DNA of 63,583 bases, filler included, from Octopus bimaculoides (taxonomy: Eukaryota): assembly GCF_001194135.2 (NCBI RefSeq). It is 4 parts of 4 records of this genome, joined end to end, with 100 filler letters (N's around TTAATTAATTAA, not from the genome) between each part and the next. Parts side by side here need not be neighbours in the genome. Positions count along the whole stretch, not along the records: positions 36,725 to 63,583 come from NC_069004.1; 3 more parts are not named here. The stretch is one strand, 5' to 3'. The position numbers and the translations under genes were made by a program. The notes under the pieces are model-generated. The model did not search any database. It was not told where the DNA came from and saw nothing but the letters and a program-made list of their open reading frames with translations. Shown in pieces: positions 39,329-52,271 of this stretch (the stretch's first letter is position 1; each line of letters starts with the position of its first letter).

Positions 39329-39377
<49 letters not shown>

Positions 39378-39556
39378 CGTGTGTGTGTGTGTGTAATAAT
39401 CGATTAAGGAAACAGAAAATACATTTGGTTTTAGACTTTATAGATAGCCCAAACCATGTCAATGCTTTACTCAACATATCAACAAACAAAATTGACATAT
39501 ACCCATTAATCCAGAAATTACACGCCCACACATACGCAGGTGCACATATATATATG

Positions 39557-39632
<76 letters not shown>

Positions 39633-40145
39633 CACATATACTGATACATATACATATATATATAATATATATATCTATATATACACACACACACATATAT
39701 ATATATACATGTATGTATATATGTATGTATGCATGTATGTTGGTGGAGGTGCATGCATATGTATATTATAAATAAAGAAATTAACCTAAGCCAAAAATAT
39801 CCCCAAGCTTCTTTTCCAATACGTCAAATGTCTACATCTGATCACGAGAAAAAAAATATATGTTAGAAATTTTTTTTAAAAAGTAGGTAAAGCCGAAAGC
39901 CATGAGATGAAATCTTTTATCAGAAACATGTGTATGTCTCTAGTCGTCCCTATCTCCAAAATGCCTAACAGATTGTCCTTTCTCTGAAAATGGGAATTCT
40001 CAGAACCGCTGACAATCACTCTTAAATTTTTGATTAAATTCTCTGTCGAAAGAGAAATTCTGCCAAATCCAGAAATAACCGCAGGATCGTATTGCTGTAT
40101 ACTCTCCATAGCATCTGGTACCCACATTAATGCCACTTGTCCCCA

Positions 40146-40195
<50 letters not shown>

Positions 40196-40399
40196 CATAC
40201 ACATACATGACACAGATATACACATTACACATTCCGACACGCACGCACACCCACGCACACACACACATACACACAAACACACACACACACACNNNNNNNN
40301 NNNNNNNNNNNNNNNNNNNNNNNNNNNNNNNNNNNNNNNNNNNNNNNNNNNNNNNNNNNNNNNNNNNNNNNNNNNNNNNNNNNNNNNNNNNNNNNNNNN

Positions 40400-40451
<52 letters not shown>

Positions 40452-40650
40452 CACAGTGTACATTTAAACACATAAGGGAGATGTCCATAATAGGACATCT
40501 AACTCGCTAGAAGGAGCAGTCAAACTCCAGTGGCCCGTTAGCAATTCAAACCTAAATACAAATTAATAAACAAGGGTACAAAATAGTACCAGCATTGCTA
40601 GAAACAAGAGTCATATGTGACTCAAAAAGCAATAAAATGCAATATATAGA

Positions 40651-41503
40651 CGGGGTGCAGTGAATAAACTGTCGTCTAAATTACGCAAAAATGAAATTAA
40701 ACTTGACATCTCATTTTAACAGATATATTTACCAAAATTGTATAAAAATCTCTTGATATACTACAGAGTAGATCTATTCAATAAAGTCGCCATTGGCTTC
40801 AACCACAGCCTTCAGACAACTTCGGACTCTCGTGCAACTCTTCTGGACGGTCTCCTTGTTTAAGTTGCTGAATGCTGCCATAATCTCTGCCTTCAGCTCA
40901 TCTTTGGTGTAAGAAGGAGTTTTGTTGGTATCTTGCTCAACTGCGCCCCAACCATAATAATCAAGGAGGTTACAATCTGGGGAGTTAGGTGGCCAGGTAT
41001 CAGGACTGAGTTCTCCTGCTTGTGTGGCATGGTGCAGAGTCCTGTTGCAAGACACAAGGTCTTCTAGCAGCCACGCTCTTGACGCAGGGCAGCACTACCT
41101 CCTCTAGGCACTTGATGTTGGCGTCCGTGTTGAGTTTGAAGCCGTATAGGAAGATGAATGGAGGCATAATGTCACTATCATAAGTGATCACTCCAATCAC
41201 CATGCCGTTGATTGGACGTTTGTTTTTTATCCCTCTCGGTACATGTCCACAGATTGCACTGTCCTTAGCTAGACTCCAAACAGCCAAAAATGTTCGCATT
41301 GGAGCTTCCGGCGCGAATACCAAGCAGTATAGCATGTCATTTCCAAATTTCTGGCAGAGTGAATTGCGTCATGGTGCTGTTGCTGTGGCAGACAGTGCCG
41401 AACTGATCCTACTATACCGTGTTGTCAACAAAATCAAAAGCAGACAATGCGCTTGCGCAAAATTTAAAATATTAAAAGGCGGCGATTTACCCATCGCACA
41501 CTG
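40651..41503 (-). mobile_element. Internally deleted maT (DD37D-like) Tc1/mariner transposon with both TIRs
   Basis: Peptides MVIGVITYDSDIMPPFIF..CLEEVVLP..QQDSAPCHTSRRTQS and WPPNSPDCNLLDYYGWGAVE..VVEANGDFIE*. Ends match 18/28 by hand (9 of 10 mismatches are transitions). TA at 41504-41505. Confidence 0.85.
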
Positions 41504-41565
41504 TATGTACACACATATGTATGAAGGTATGTATGCATATTTGTCTATGTATGTATGTATGTATG

Positions 41566-41624
<59 letters not shown>

Positions 41625-41653
41625 ATCTATATCTATCTCTCTCTCTCTCCCTA

Positions 41654-41715
<62 letters not shown>

Positions 41716-41723
41716 ACTATCTA

Positions 41724-41778
<55 letters not shown>

Positions 41779-42279
41779 ATTTCTGCCTCTCTATCCACAC
41801 ACACGCAAGCACACATACCCACGTGTACACATGCATATACGTGTACATATTTGTTACTATGTCGTCTGAATTCTCCAACGCAAGATGAGCGATTTTGTTT
41901 ACTTCAATCAAGTATTTGGTCTACGCATTACTGTACTCTGTGACTCCACTGACATTTCTAAGCGTCTATTGAGCCAAATAAGCGTCATTGTCTATGCTTA
42001 AACAGACACCTCTCCATGCAGATACTTCTACGATATTCTATCAAAGTATTCAAACACGTATACCTCTACACACGAATGTACTTATACATATACATCACGT
42101 ATGCACACGCACACACATATACACAGGTCTATGTAAATAATACACACACTCATACACAAGCCGAAGTCGTACATACACACATATGTAAACAATAGAAGCA
42201 CACACTGCGATATATCTTGATGATAATGATCATTACTTTGTAACAAAACATCAGATTGAAAGTACTCGATGCTTAGAAA

Positions 42280-42326
<47 letters not shown>

Positions 42327-42422
42327 ATATAGGGAGAATTCACAAAAAAAACAACAGACGAAGACAGGTGGTGTAGAAAACAAACAGATGTATTAGTATA
42401 ACGCTCGGGAATTGAAAAAAGT

Positions 42423-42458
42423 CTTTAACGTTTCGAGCCTACGCTCTTCCACAGAAAG
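42423..42458 (-). ncRNA. Minimal type I hammerhead-like motif with variant core, in a probable Penelope-like fragment (about 42320-42470)
   Basis: Minus strand reads CUUU-CUGUGGA-A-GAGC(GUAG)GCUC-GAAAC-GUU-AAAG: 4-bp stem I, 4-bp stem II with tetraloop, loopless palindromic stem III. Confidence 0.55.
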
Positions 42459-42509
42459 GTACAAGGAGAGTTTGCTATATTTCGAGTCGAGCTTTGTAAT
42501 GCAATGGTA

Positions 42510-42748
42510 AAGGCGCGTGGCTTAGTGGTTAGGGTATCGGCTCACGATCGAAATGTCGTGAGTTCAATTCCCGGTGACGTGTTGTGTCCTTGAGCAAGTA
42601 ACTTTATTTCACGTTGCTCCTGTCCACTCACCTGGCAAAAATGAGCTGTACCTGTATTTCAAAGGGCCAGCCTTGTCACACTCTGTGTCACGTTGAATCT
42701 TCCTGAGAACTACGTTAAGGGTACACGTATCTGTGGATTGCTCAGGGT
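42510..42748 (+). mobile_element. CORE-like SINE with tail T1 (3'-truncated)
   Basis: A box TGGCTTAGTGG, B box GAGTTCAATTCCC, GTGTCCTTGAGCAAG..CTTTATTTCACGTTGCTCC, tail GAGAACTACGTTAAGGG. Confidence 0.85.
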
Positions 42749-42759
42749 ACGAAAACGTG

Positions 42760-43474
42760 GGGAGACCTTCCATTGGCTGTCACAGTAGCCGAAACCATAA
42801 CTAACTGTGGATTTTGACGTCAGCGGACGAGTCCACACACGAAATTTGGTAATTCTGGTGGTTTAATGTCGGTTTGATGTCAAATTTTTCTTCATGAGGA
42901 ACACCAAGTTGGACAGCATGCCTTCAACAATCTGACACAGGGTAAGACGACTTCTCTCTTGTCTCATCGCCTTATAGACTTTCGTGAGCTCATGACGACG
43001 GATCATTTTGCAGGGGTGGGTCCTGAGATGCTTCTCTAGCATTCGATACATCAATGTTTAACTTCTTTTTGCTGTGGAATCCTGTTTTCTGACGCAACGA
43101 CGAGGATTTCGCCGTATCTCTGGTACTTTTCATAAGCTGAGGGGAACTTACACACTTCTTTTTCAGTGATGTCCAGGTCGATATGCGCTGGAATCAGTCT
43201 CTTGAAATTTCTTGATAATTTTCCGGACTGTTGTTCGGTTAATTTTAAGCTTTTTTGCTCTAGCTGCATTACTTTCGCCTCCTTTGTGGAGGGTTATGGT
43301 TGTATTTCGGTCTATAGTCATTATCTGTTTTATAAATCTGAATTTATTTAGTCTGAAACAAAAAGAAGATACACTAAGCTTTTAGAATGATGTATAATTT
43401 TTCATATCTTATCACATTTATTGATAGTTATTAAAGCCTGAAACTTCAATTGCTTTAATTTTGGGACACCATGT
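42760..43474 (-). mobile_element. maT-like Tc1/mariner transposon, 5' half with left TIR (decayed)
   Basis: Frameshift-joined NLVF(PHEEK)FDIKPTLNHQN and VMVSATVTANGRSP resemble NLVFSDEKKF..NxQNDR and VMVWAAVTxxGRSP. Terminal TTTTGGGACACCATGT is one mismatch from the TIR at 2767-2781. Confidence 0.75.
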
Positions 43475-43612
43475 CTATACAAACATACATACATACATAT
43501 ATACATACATACATACATACATACAAACACACACACATACATACATACATACATACATACATACATACATACATACGTACGTACGTACGTACATACATAC
43601 ATACATATATGC

Positions 43613-43655
<43 letters not shown>

Positions 43656-44279
43656 TNNNNNNNNNNNNNNNNNNNNNNNNNNNNNNNNNNNNNNNNNNNN
43701 NNNNNNNNNNNNNNNNNNNNNNNNNNNNNNNNNNNNNNNNNNNNNNNNNNNNNNNNNNNNNNNNNNNNNNNNNNNNNNNNNNNNNNNNNNNNNNNNNNNN
43801 NNNNNNNNNNNNNNNNNNNNNNNNNNNNNNNNNNNNNNNNNNNNNNNNNNNNNNNNNNNNNNNNNNNNNNNNNNNNNNNNNNNNNNNNNNNNNNNNNNNN
43901 NNNNNNNNNNNNNNNNNNNNNNNNNNNNNNNNNNNNNNNNNNNNNNNNNNNNNNNNNNNNNNNNNNNNNNNNNNNNNNNNNNNNNNNNNNNNNNNNNNNN
44001 NNNNNNNNNNNNNNNNNNNNNNNNNNNNNNNNNNNNNNNNNNNNNNNNNNNNNNNNNNNNNNNNNNNNNNNNNNNNNNNNNNNNNNNNNNNNNNNNNNNN
44101 NNNNNNNNNNNNNNNNNNNNNNNNNNNNNNNNNNNNNNNNNNNNNNNNNNNNNNNNNNNNNNNNNNNNNNNNNNNNNNNNNNNNNNNNNNNNNNNNNNNN
44201 NNNNNNNNNNNNNNNNNNNNNNNNNNNNNNNNNNNNNNNNNNNNNNNNNNTATATATATATATATATATGTATATATAC

Positions 44280-47200
44280 GAAAATGAAACTTGACAGGTA
44301 CAAAATGATGATAACATCAGATTCTTGTATGACCAGAGCACAATGACGTTGCTGGGCCAAAACTGCAAGGAAACCCAGTGACTGAAAAAAGTCACTTGCA
44401 AAACCAAAACAAATTTTAAATATTGGCAATTGGAATGTCAGAACAGTTTGTGTGATTGGGAAAACTGCTGAAGTTGCTAAAGTCATGAGTACATACAAAA
44501 TCGATGTTCTAGAATTTAGTGAGTGTAGGTGGACTGGTTTTCGTAGCTAAGCACAGGTGAATCTGCCATCTATTATGGCAGAGAAGACGAGATACACTGC
44601 AGTGGAGTAGCTTTTATGATGTCCAAAGCTGCTAAATTGGCATTCATGGAAAGGAAACCGGTGAAGGAGAGAATCGTCACAGCTAGTTTTTATTCCAAAT
44701 TCATTAAACTAACAGTCATCCACGTGTATGTAACTACAACGAATGCAAAGGATGAGGTGAAAGACATCTTCTATGAACAGCTGCAAACTATAGTCGAGAA
44801 TGTGCACGCACATGATATGATTATAGTAATTGGAGATATGAATGCCAAGGTTGGAGTAGGGAATGAAAGAATAATGGGGAAACATGGAACAGGAATCTCC
44901 AAGAACAATGGCGAAAGGCTTGTAGGATTTTGCAGGAAGAATGATCTCGTCATTACAGGAACTATATTCCCCCACAAGAACATTCACAAAAACACCCGGA
45001 CCTCTCCAGATAAAAGAATAACAAGTCAAATTAATCACACACTCTTCAAATGTAAATACCACTCATCAACAAAAGACACTCTGGTCAAGAGAGGCACTGA
45101 TGTTGCAAGTGGTCATCAGCTTGTAAGGTCACAAGTGAAGGTGAAACTTCGGAAACACCTGTACAAGACAAAGACAAATCCAAGAATAAAATATGACACT
45201 TGCAAACTACAAAATCATACAATTAAAAGCAAGTTTATTATGGAACTGAAGAATAAATTTGCTTTGCTTGAAGCGATTCTCGAAGATATTGACATAGAAG
45301 TGAAATGGAAAAATTTCGATAAAGCATTCAACCAGACAGCTAGAGAAATACTTGGTGTAAAGATAAAGAAGCAAAAACCGTGGATAGGACCAGATTCTTG
45401 GGAAAAGGTTGAAGAGAGAAAACACCTCAAAATTAAAATTGAAAATGCCAATCCATCAGAATTAAACAGCAGATGCAAAAGGAATACAAAGCCGAAGACA
45501 GAGATGTGAAATCAAGTATAAGATCAGACAAGCATAAATGGGTAGAGAACCTGGCAAACGATGCTGAAAGAGCAGCTAAGAATAGTCAAATGAAAACACT
45601 ATATGAAATAACCAGAACAATATGTAATGGAAAACCACGTCAAGCATTAGGTCGTATCAAAAATAAACAGGGTAAAATCATAACAGATGACAAAGGAAAA
45701 AATACAAGATGGAAAGAACATTTTGAAGAAGTATTAAATAGAGATATCCCACCAAATTCTTGAAAATATTGTAATTCCAGAGTGGAGACCATTGACACCA
45801 GCCCTGCAAGCAAAAGAGAAATCAAGAATGTAATCAGAAAATTTAAAAAATGGAAAGGCAGGAGGAGTTGACATGATAATACCAGAGTTATTGAAGGCAG
45901 ACATTGAAACATCCACAGACAGACTGTATAGTATCATAAATGATATTTGGGATCAAGAGAAAATGCCTCATGACTGGAAGAAAGGACTGATTACCAAAGA
46001 AAGGAGATCTATCAGAATGTGGAAACTGGGGGGGGGGGAATAACACTTCTATCTATTGCAAGTAAAGTGCTAGGAAAAATCATAACAGGATCCAAAACGG
46101 TATTGATAAAAAGCTCAGACCTAAACAAACATGCTTCCGTGAAGGTAAAAATACCACCGAGCGAATATTCATCTTGAGAAACATTATTGAACAGTGCTTA
46201 GAATGGCAATCTTCATTGTATATAAACTTCAACGATTTCAAAAGAGATTTCGATTCAGTTCATCGGGACAGTTTATGGGAAATTATTGTCAACATAGTCA
46301 AATTAATGTACAAAGATGGTGAGTGTGCAGTACTGGACGCTGGTGAAATGACAGAATGGTTCCAAGTAAAAACAGGCGTAAAACAAGGGTGCATTATGTC
46401 TGGATTCTTGTTTCTACTCGTCAAAGACTGGGTGATAAGAAAGACCACCGTGAATAACAACACTGGGATAAGATGGCAAATGACGCCATGCCTTGTAGAC
46501 CTGGATTATGCTGACGACATTGCTTTACTGCCTTCCAGCCAATCACAGATACAACAGAAAATGAAAAAAATGTCAAGTTTTGCAAAGAGAGTGGGATGAA
46601 AGATCAATGAGAAGAAGATTAAGACCTTGCGATTGAACAGCAAGAAGACTGACCCTATTCAAATAGATGAAAAGGACGTTGAAAACGGAGATGAGTTCAC
46701 CTATCTAGGTGCAATTATCAGTAAAGAAGGTGGTGGAGGGAAATATATGATAAGAAGAATCAATAGAGCCAGAAGTGCTTTTATCAAATTGTACAAAGTA
46801 TATCGATCAAAGCTGTTTGGAAAAGATTCAAAGATCAAACTCTACAAAACGCTGGAAAGACATGTACTTCTTTATGGCTGTGAAACTTAGAAAATGAAGA
46901 AAAGTAATGAGAGAAAATTGGATACTTTTCAGTACAAAGGCCTGAAGAATATAATGCAGATAGGGTGGAAGGGTGGTCAAATGTCTTATCAATGGATGAA
47001 CTTAACAAAATAACCCAAGTCAAGAAGTAAAAAGGAAAAGACGGAATTGGATTGGACACGTATTGAGAAAGGAACCCGACCATCATTGCATGATTGCCTT
47101 GACTTGACAACCTGAAGGAAAGAGAAAAGTTGGTAGACCAAAAACCAGATGAAGAAGGACAGTGGGATAGGAAAGGAATCAAGATACATGGTCACCATGG

Positions 47201-47290
47201 AATGCGGCAAGAAAACTTGCAAAACAGAGGGACAAATGGAAAATTAGCGTGGAAGCCTTATGTGCCAATTGGCATAAAGAGGATAGAACG
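44280..47290 (+). mobile_element. About 3-kb RTE-clade LINE pseudogene (APE endonuclease plus reverse transcriptase); 5' end in gap
   Basis: NIGNWNVRT (44419), VIGDMNAKVG, SGHQLV (catalytic SDH mutated), FNDFKRDFDSV, QGCIMS, LDYADD (YADD at 46507-46518), FTYLG, LLYGCET*. Many stops and frameshifts; covers ORFs 44616..45509, 45473..45763, 46174..46599 and 46627..46890. Confidence 0.95.
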
Positions 47291-48999
47291 AGAGAGAGAA
47301 AGATATGCTTTCAAATCAAGATTCTTTGGGTGTAATTGTTGGCTTGTTTGTGTGTGTGTATGTGTGTGTGTGTCTGTGTATGTGTGTACGTTTGATTGTC
47401 ATATGCATTTTATGTGTGCGTCATAGCTGACTGATTATGACTAAACTATTTGTAATTTATCTATCTATCTATCTATCTATCTATATATATATATATATAN
47501 NNNNNNNNNNNNNNNNNNNNNNNNNNNNNNNNNNNNNNNNNNNNNNNNNNNNNNNNNNNNNNNNNNNNNNNNNNNNNNNNNNNNNNNNNNNNNNNNNNNN
47601 NNNNNNNNNNNNNNNNNNNNNNNNNNNNNNNNNNNNNNNNNNNNNNNNNNNNNNNNNNNNNNNNNNNNNNNNNNNNNNNNNNNNNNNNNNNNNNNNNNNN
47701 NNNNNNNNNNNNNNNNNNNNNNNNNNNNNNNNNNNNNNNNNNNNNNNNNNNNNNNNNNNNNNNNNNNNNNNNNNNNNNNNNNNNNNNNNNNNNNNNNNNN
47801 NNNNNNNNNNNNNNNNNNNNNNNNNNNNNNNNNNNNNNNNNNNNNNNNNNNNNNNNNNNNNNNNNNNNNNNNNNNNNNNNNNNNNNNNNNNNNNNNNNNN
47901 NNNNNNNNNNNNNNNNNNNNNNNNNNNNNNNNNNNNNNNNNNNNNNNNNNNNNNNNNNNNNNNNNNNNNNNNNNNNNNNNNNNNNNNNNNNNNNNNNNNN
48001 NNNNNNNNNNNNNNNNNNNNNNNNNNNNNNNNNNNNNNNNNNNNNNNNNNNNNNNNNNNNNNNNNNNNNNNNNNNNNNNNNNNNNNNNNNNNNNNNNNNN
48101 NNNNNNNNNNNNNNNNNNNNNNNNNNNNNNNNNNNNNNNNNNNNNNNNNNNNNNNNNNNNNNNNNNNNNNNNNNNNNNNNNNNNNNNNNNNNNNNNNNNN
48201 NNNNNNNNNNNNNNNNNNNNNNNNNNNNNNNNNNNNNNNNNNNNNNNNNNNNNNNNNNNNNNNNNNNNNNNNNNNNNNNNNNNNNNNNNNNNNNNNNNNN
48301 NNNNNNNNNNNNNNNNNNNNNNNNNNNNNNNNNNNNNNNNNNNNNNNNNNNNNNNNNNNNNNNNNNNNNNNNNNNNNNNNNNNNNNNNNNNNNNNNNNNN
48401 NNNNNNNNNNNNNNNNNNNNNNNNNNNNNNNNNNNNNNNNNNNNNNNNNNNNNNNNNNNNNNNNNNNNNNNNNNNNNNNNNNNNNNATATATATATATAT
48501 ATATATATATACATACATATACATACATTTATACATACATATATATGTATTCATATTTATATTTATATATGCACATACGCCTGTATATAAACATTCGAAT
48601 TGTAGGTTTGAAGTGTGCATGTATTAATGTTTTGTTGTTGTTGATTTGTGTGATGTGTATGTGTGTGTGTGTGTGTGTTCTGTTTGTAGTTTGGATAATC
48701 GTTTAAGATTAATTTCTTTTGATGTCTGCCTCGTGACATGATTTCATTCATTTTATCTAGAGTGTGTTTATGTGATACTTTTTTGTGGTGCAAATGGACA
48801 GATTAAAGAACACTTTATGGACTATAATGCGTCATCTTTTATTTCCCAGTTTATACAGTATTTCCAGCAATATTATTTTCTTTCAACTCCCATATAATTT
48901 TTGATAGAAACATTGCATTTCTTATAGTCATATTCCGGAATGTGCACATGCGCCTATGCATGTTACCAATTTCTGTCTTTGAATGTTCTACTACTTGAT

Positions 49000-49450
49000 C
49001 CGGTAGTAGTGATTTTCAGTTTGTCTAATTTGTGGTGCAGTTACTTTACAGAGCATGCTAGTTTGTATGCAGTTTCCATACAAAGGGCACATCCTTGTAC
49101 GACTGGAGCTGTATAAAACTTTTATGCTGATTCTCTTGACTGAAGTGTGATAACTGTGTCCTTTGGAGAGCTGCTTGCCGACTAGCATTTGGAAGCTATT
49201 TGCTATATCCGTGCTATATTTACACGGAATAGTGTGATGAACCAGACAATAGTTTTACTACTGACACTCCTTTGTTGTTTGTGTATCCATTGTCACCTAT
49301 TTTTGAATGCGCTCACTTTGAGGGATTCATTGTAGACTGGTGATGCTTGGTTAACTGTTGATATTCTCTTGTTCGTGTGGATAAGCATAAATTTTATTGA
49401 GGATAAGCATAAATTCAAACCACCTTCCATACAACTATTCCTCGGCGATA
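49000..49450 (-). mobile_element. Possible very old R2/R4-type LINE fragment
   Basis: EGGLNL and RMCPLYGNCIQTSMLC loosely resemble the thumb GGxGL motif and the CCHC region. Confidence 0.3.
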
Positions 49451-49944
49451 TATTCCTTTGTCTGGTCTTGGTCGATCCTATCGACTACACACGATGTCAA
49501 CAACTGCTAAATAATTTGCGGTTGTGTGTAACTGTCTTTAGTTCAACAGTCGTTGACGAGGTGAATAGTGTGTAAAACATCCAGATGTTCGCAAAGAACA
49601 CTACGTAAATATGTAATGTTTTTTTTTTGTTTGTATAATCGTGCTTTCACTTTCTTTGATTTATATAGACATAAAAACATTATAGCGCCGAACATTTGTC
49701 GAGATGCTACACGCACGCTTACTGAGCAAATATCTCGCTTAAAGGAACAACAATTACACTGTCTAGCATCATGTACGTTTGTACGTCTATCTACTACTAC
49801 TACTACTACTACTACTACTGCTAATAATAATACCACCACTACTACTACTACTACTACTACAAAACACAAAGTCATACACATACACTCACACAAACAAACA
49901 CATATACAGCTACTGCTGGTTCTCCATCGTTCGATGACGAGGAC

Positions 49945-50190
49945 TCACTATTTCTTATTTCTTTATTGCCCACAAGGGGCTTAACAGAGAGGGGACAAAC
50001 AAGGACAAACAAAGGGATTAAGTCGATTACATCGACCTCAGTGCGTAACTGGTACTTAATTTATCGACCCCAAAAGGATGAAAGGCTAAGTCGACCTCGG
50101 CGGAATTTGAACTCAGAATATAACGGCAGACGAAATACCGCTAAGCATTTCGCCCGGAGTGCTAACGTTTCTGCCAGCTCGCCGCCTTAC
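49945..50190 (-). mobile_element. Near-consensus full-length SINE family B
   Basis: Full reverse complement of the 1954-2190 architecture, from GGCGGCGAGCTGGCAGAAACGTTAGC to CCCCTTGTGGGCAATAAAGAAAT. Confidence 0.9.
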
Positions 50191-50529
50191 GACGACTCAC
50201 TTTTTCTGTCAAGTGAATTACCCTCCTTTGAGTAAACATGTATCTGGCTGAGTATTCTGTAGACACGTGCATCCATAACGTAATTCTCAGGCAGAATCAC
50301 CAGAACACAGAGAATGTGATAGCCTGCACCTTCTGAATTGCAAGTACAAGCCACTCGGCAGTGTTCTATATAGTTTCTATGTATGCAATTTCAATCATCA
50401 GAGTAAACTCAAGGTTCTAGAAGGGGGCAGTCACCTAAGGTGCCAATACCAAAATTGGGGCCTGGTCATTGCCAAGCGAACTCCTTAGTCTTTCAGTCGT
50501 ATTATGCCTACTTATATAAATGTAAATAC

Positions 50530-50595
<66 letters not shown>

Positions 50596-51884
50596 ATGTC
50601 TGTCTATGTGTGTGTATGTCCGTCTGTCTGTTTTTCTGTCTGTCCANNNNNNNNNNNNNNNNNNNNNNNNNNNNNNNNNNNNNNNNNNNNNNNNNNNNNN
50701 NNNNNNNNNNNNNNNNNNNNNNNNNNNNNNNNNNNNNNNNNNNNNNNNNNNNNNNNNNNNNNNNNNNNNNNNNNNNNNNNNNNNNNNNNNNNNNNNNNNN
50801 NNNNNNNNNNNNNNNNNNNNNNNNNNNNNNNNNNNNNNNNNNNNNNNNNNNNNNNNNNNNNNNNNNNNNNNNNNNNNNNNNNNNNNNNNNNNNNNNNNNN
50901 NNNNNNNNNNNNNNNNNNNNNNNNNNNNNNNNNNNNNNNNNNNNNNNNNNNNNNNNNNNNNNNNNNNNNNNNNNNNNNNNNNNNNNNNNNNNNNNNNNNN
51001 NNNNNNNNNNNNNNNNNNNNNNNNNNNNNNNNNNNNNNNNNNNNNNNNNNNNNNNNNNNNNNNNNNNNNNNNNNNNNNNNNNNNNNNNNNNNNNNNNNTA
51101 TACATATATCTATGTACACACACAGACATAGATGTTGAAAGAGAGATAAATATGTAGGAAGATTAAAGAAGGAAGATAAGATGAAAGGAATAAGCGAAAA
51201 GACAGCACATTCGAATCCAGTGTAAAGAAGATGTTATAATGGAAGTAAAAGTCAAAGAACGAAAGGACGTTTGAAAAGAAATCTTAGCTGGTTTAGACGA
51301 TTGAAAATAGAAGGAAAGGTAGATATTATGACGGAAGACAACTGACTGAAACGAAGAGAATTTGACAGGGAAAAAGACAGAGGGGGAGAGAGAGAGGGAG
51401 AGAATGATATAGAGAGTGGTAGTGGAGTTTAGTGGGGTGGATGAGACGGTAAAGACATATTGTCCATATAATATATGATGGAGCTATTGAAGTGAAATTA
51501 TCAGAAACACAACTTTGTTATCATCTCTGTGACTGTTCCAGTGGAAAACCTGTTATTATCTTTATTGGCATCAACCAAAATTACTTGTTCCAGTCACTGT
51601 TTAATTAAGTGTATTTACAGACACAAAGGCACACACGGACACACTCGCGCGCACGCACGCACACACACACGGGCACACGCTCATACACACGCACATGCAG
51701 TGGCACACACAAACGCACAGATACACAGGTATCTATGCATACAGCTACACACTCACAGGTATATATCCATACGTGTATGTGTGTATGAATACACACACGC
51801 ATATGTGAATGGCTATGCGTTAATTACATATACACATTTCTACATATGCTAACAACAGATATATGTGTGTGTGTGTATATATAT

Positions 51885-51916
<32 letters not shown>

Positions 51917-52012
51917 TGTGTATACATATGCATATACATCTATACATATATATATATATATGATATCTATGCATACATATATACATAATTTTATATATAT
52001 ATATATATATAT

Positions 52013-52046
<34 letters not shown>

Positions 52047-52271
52047 ATTTATGCTTCTATGTACATGTGGTTGAAATATCTTCGTGCAAAATCTGCAAAA
52101 CAGGGAAAATATATGGTTTGAGATAACACGTGATTGATGACATCTGTCAGAAAACAGCGAAGAAAACTACTTCCAATGATAGTTATTACGCAAGGTTTTA
52201 TAAATTGCTAAACTCTATTTAATACTGTTACATAATTGTTCATGTAACTATTGTTTGTGTGTGTTTATATC

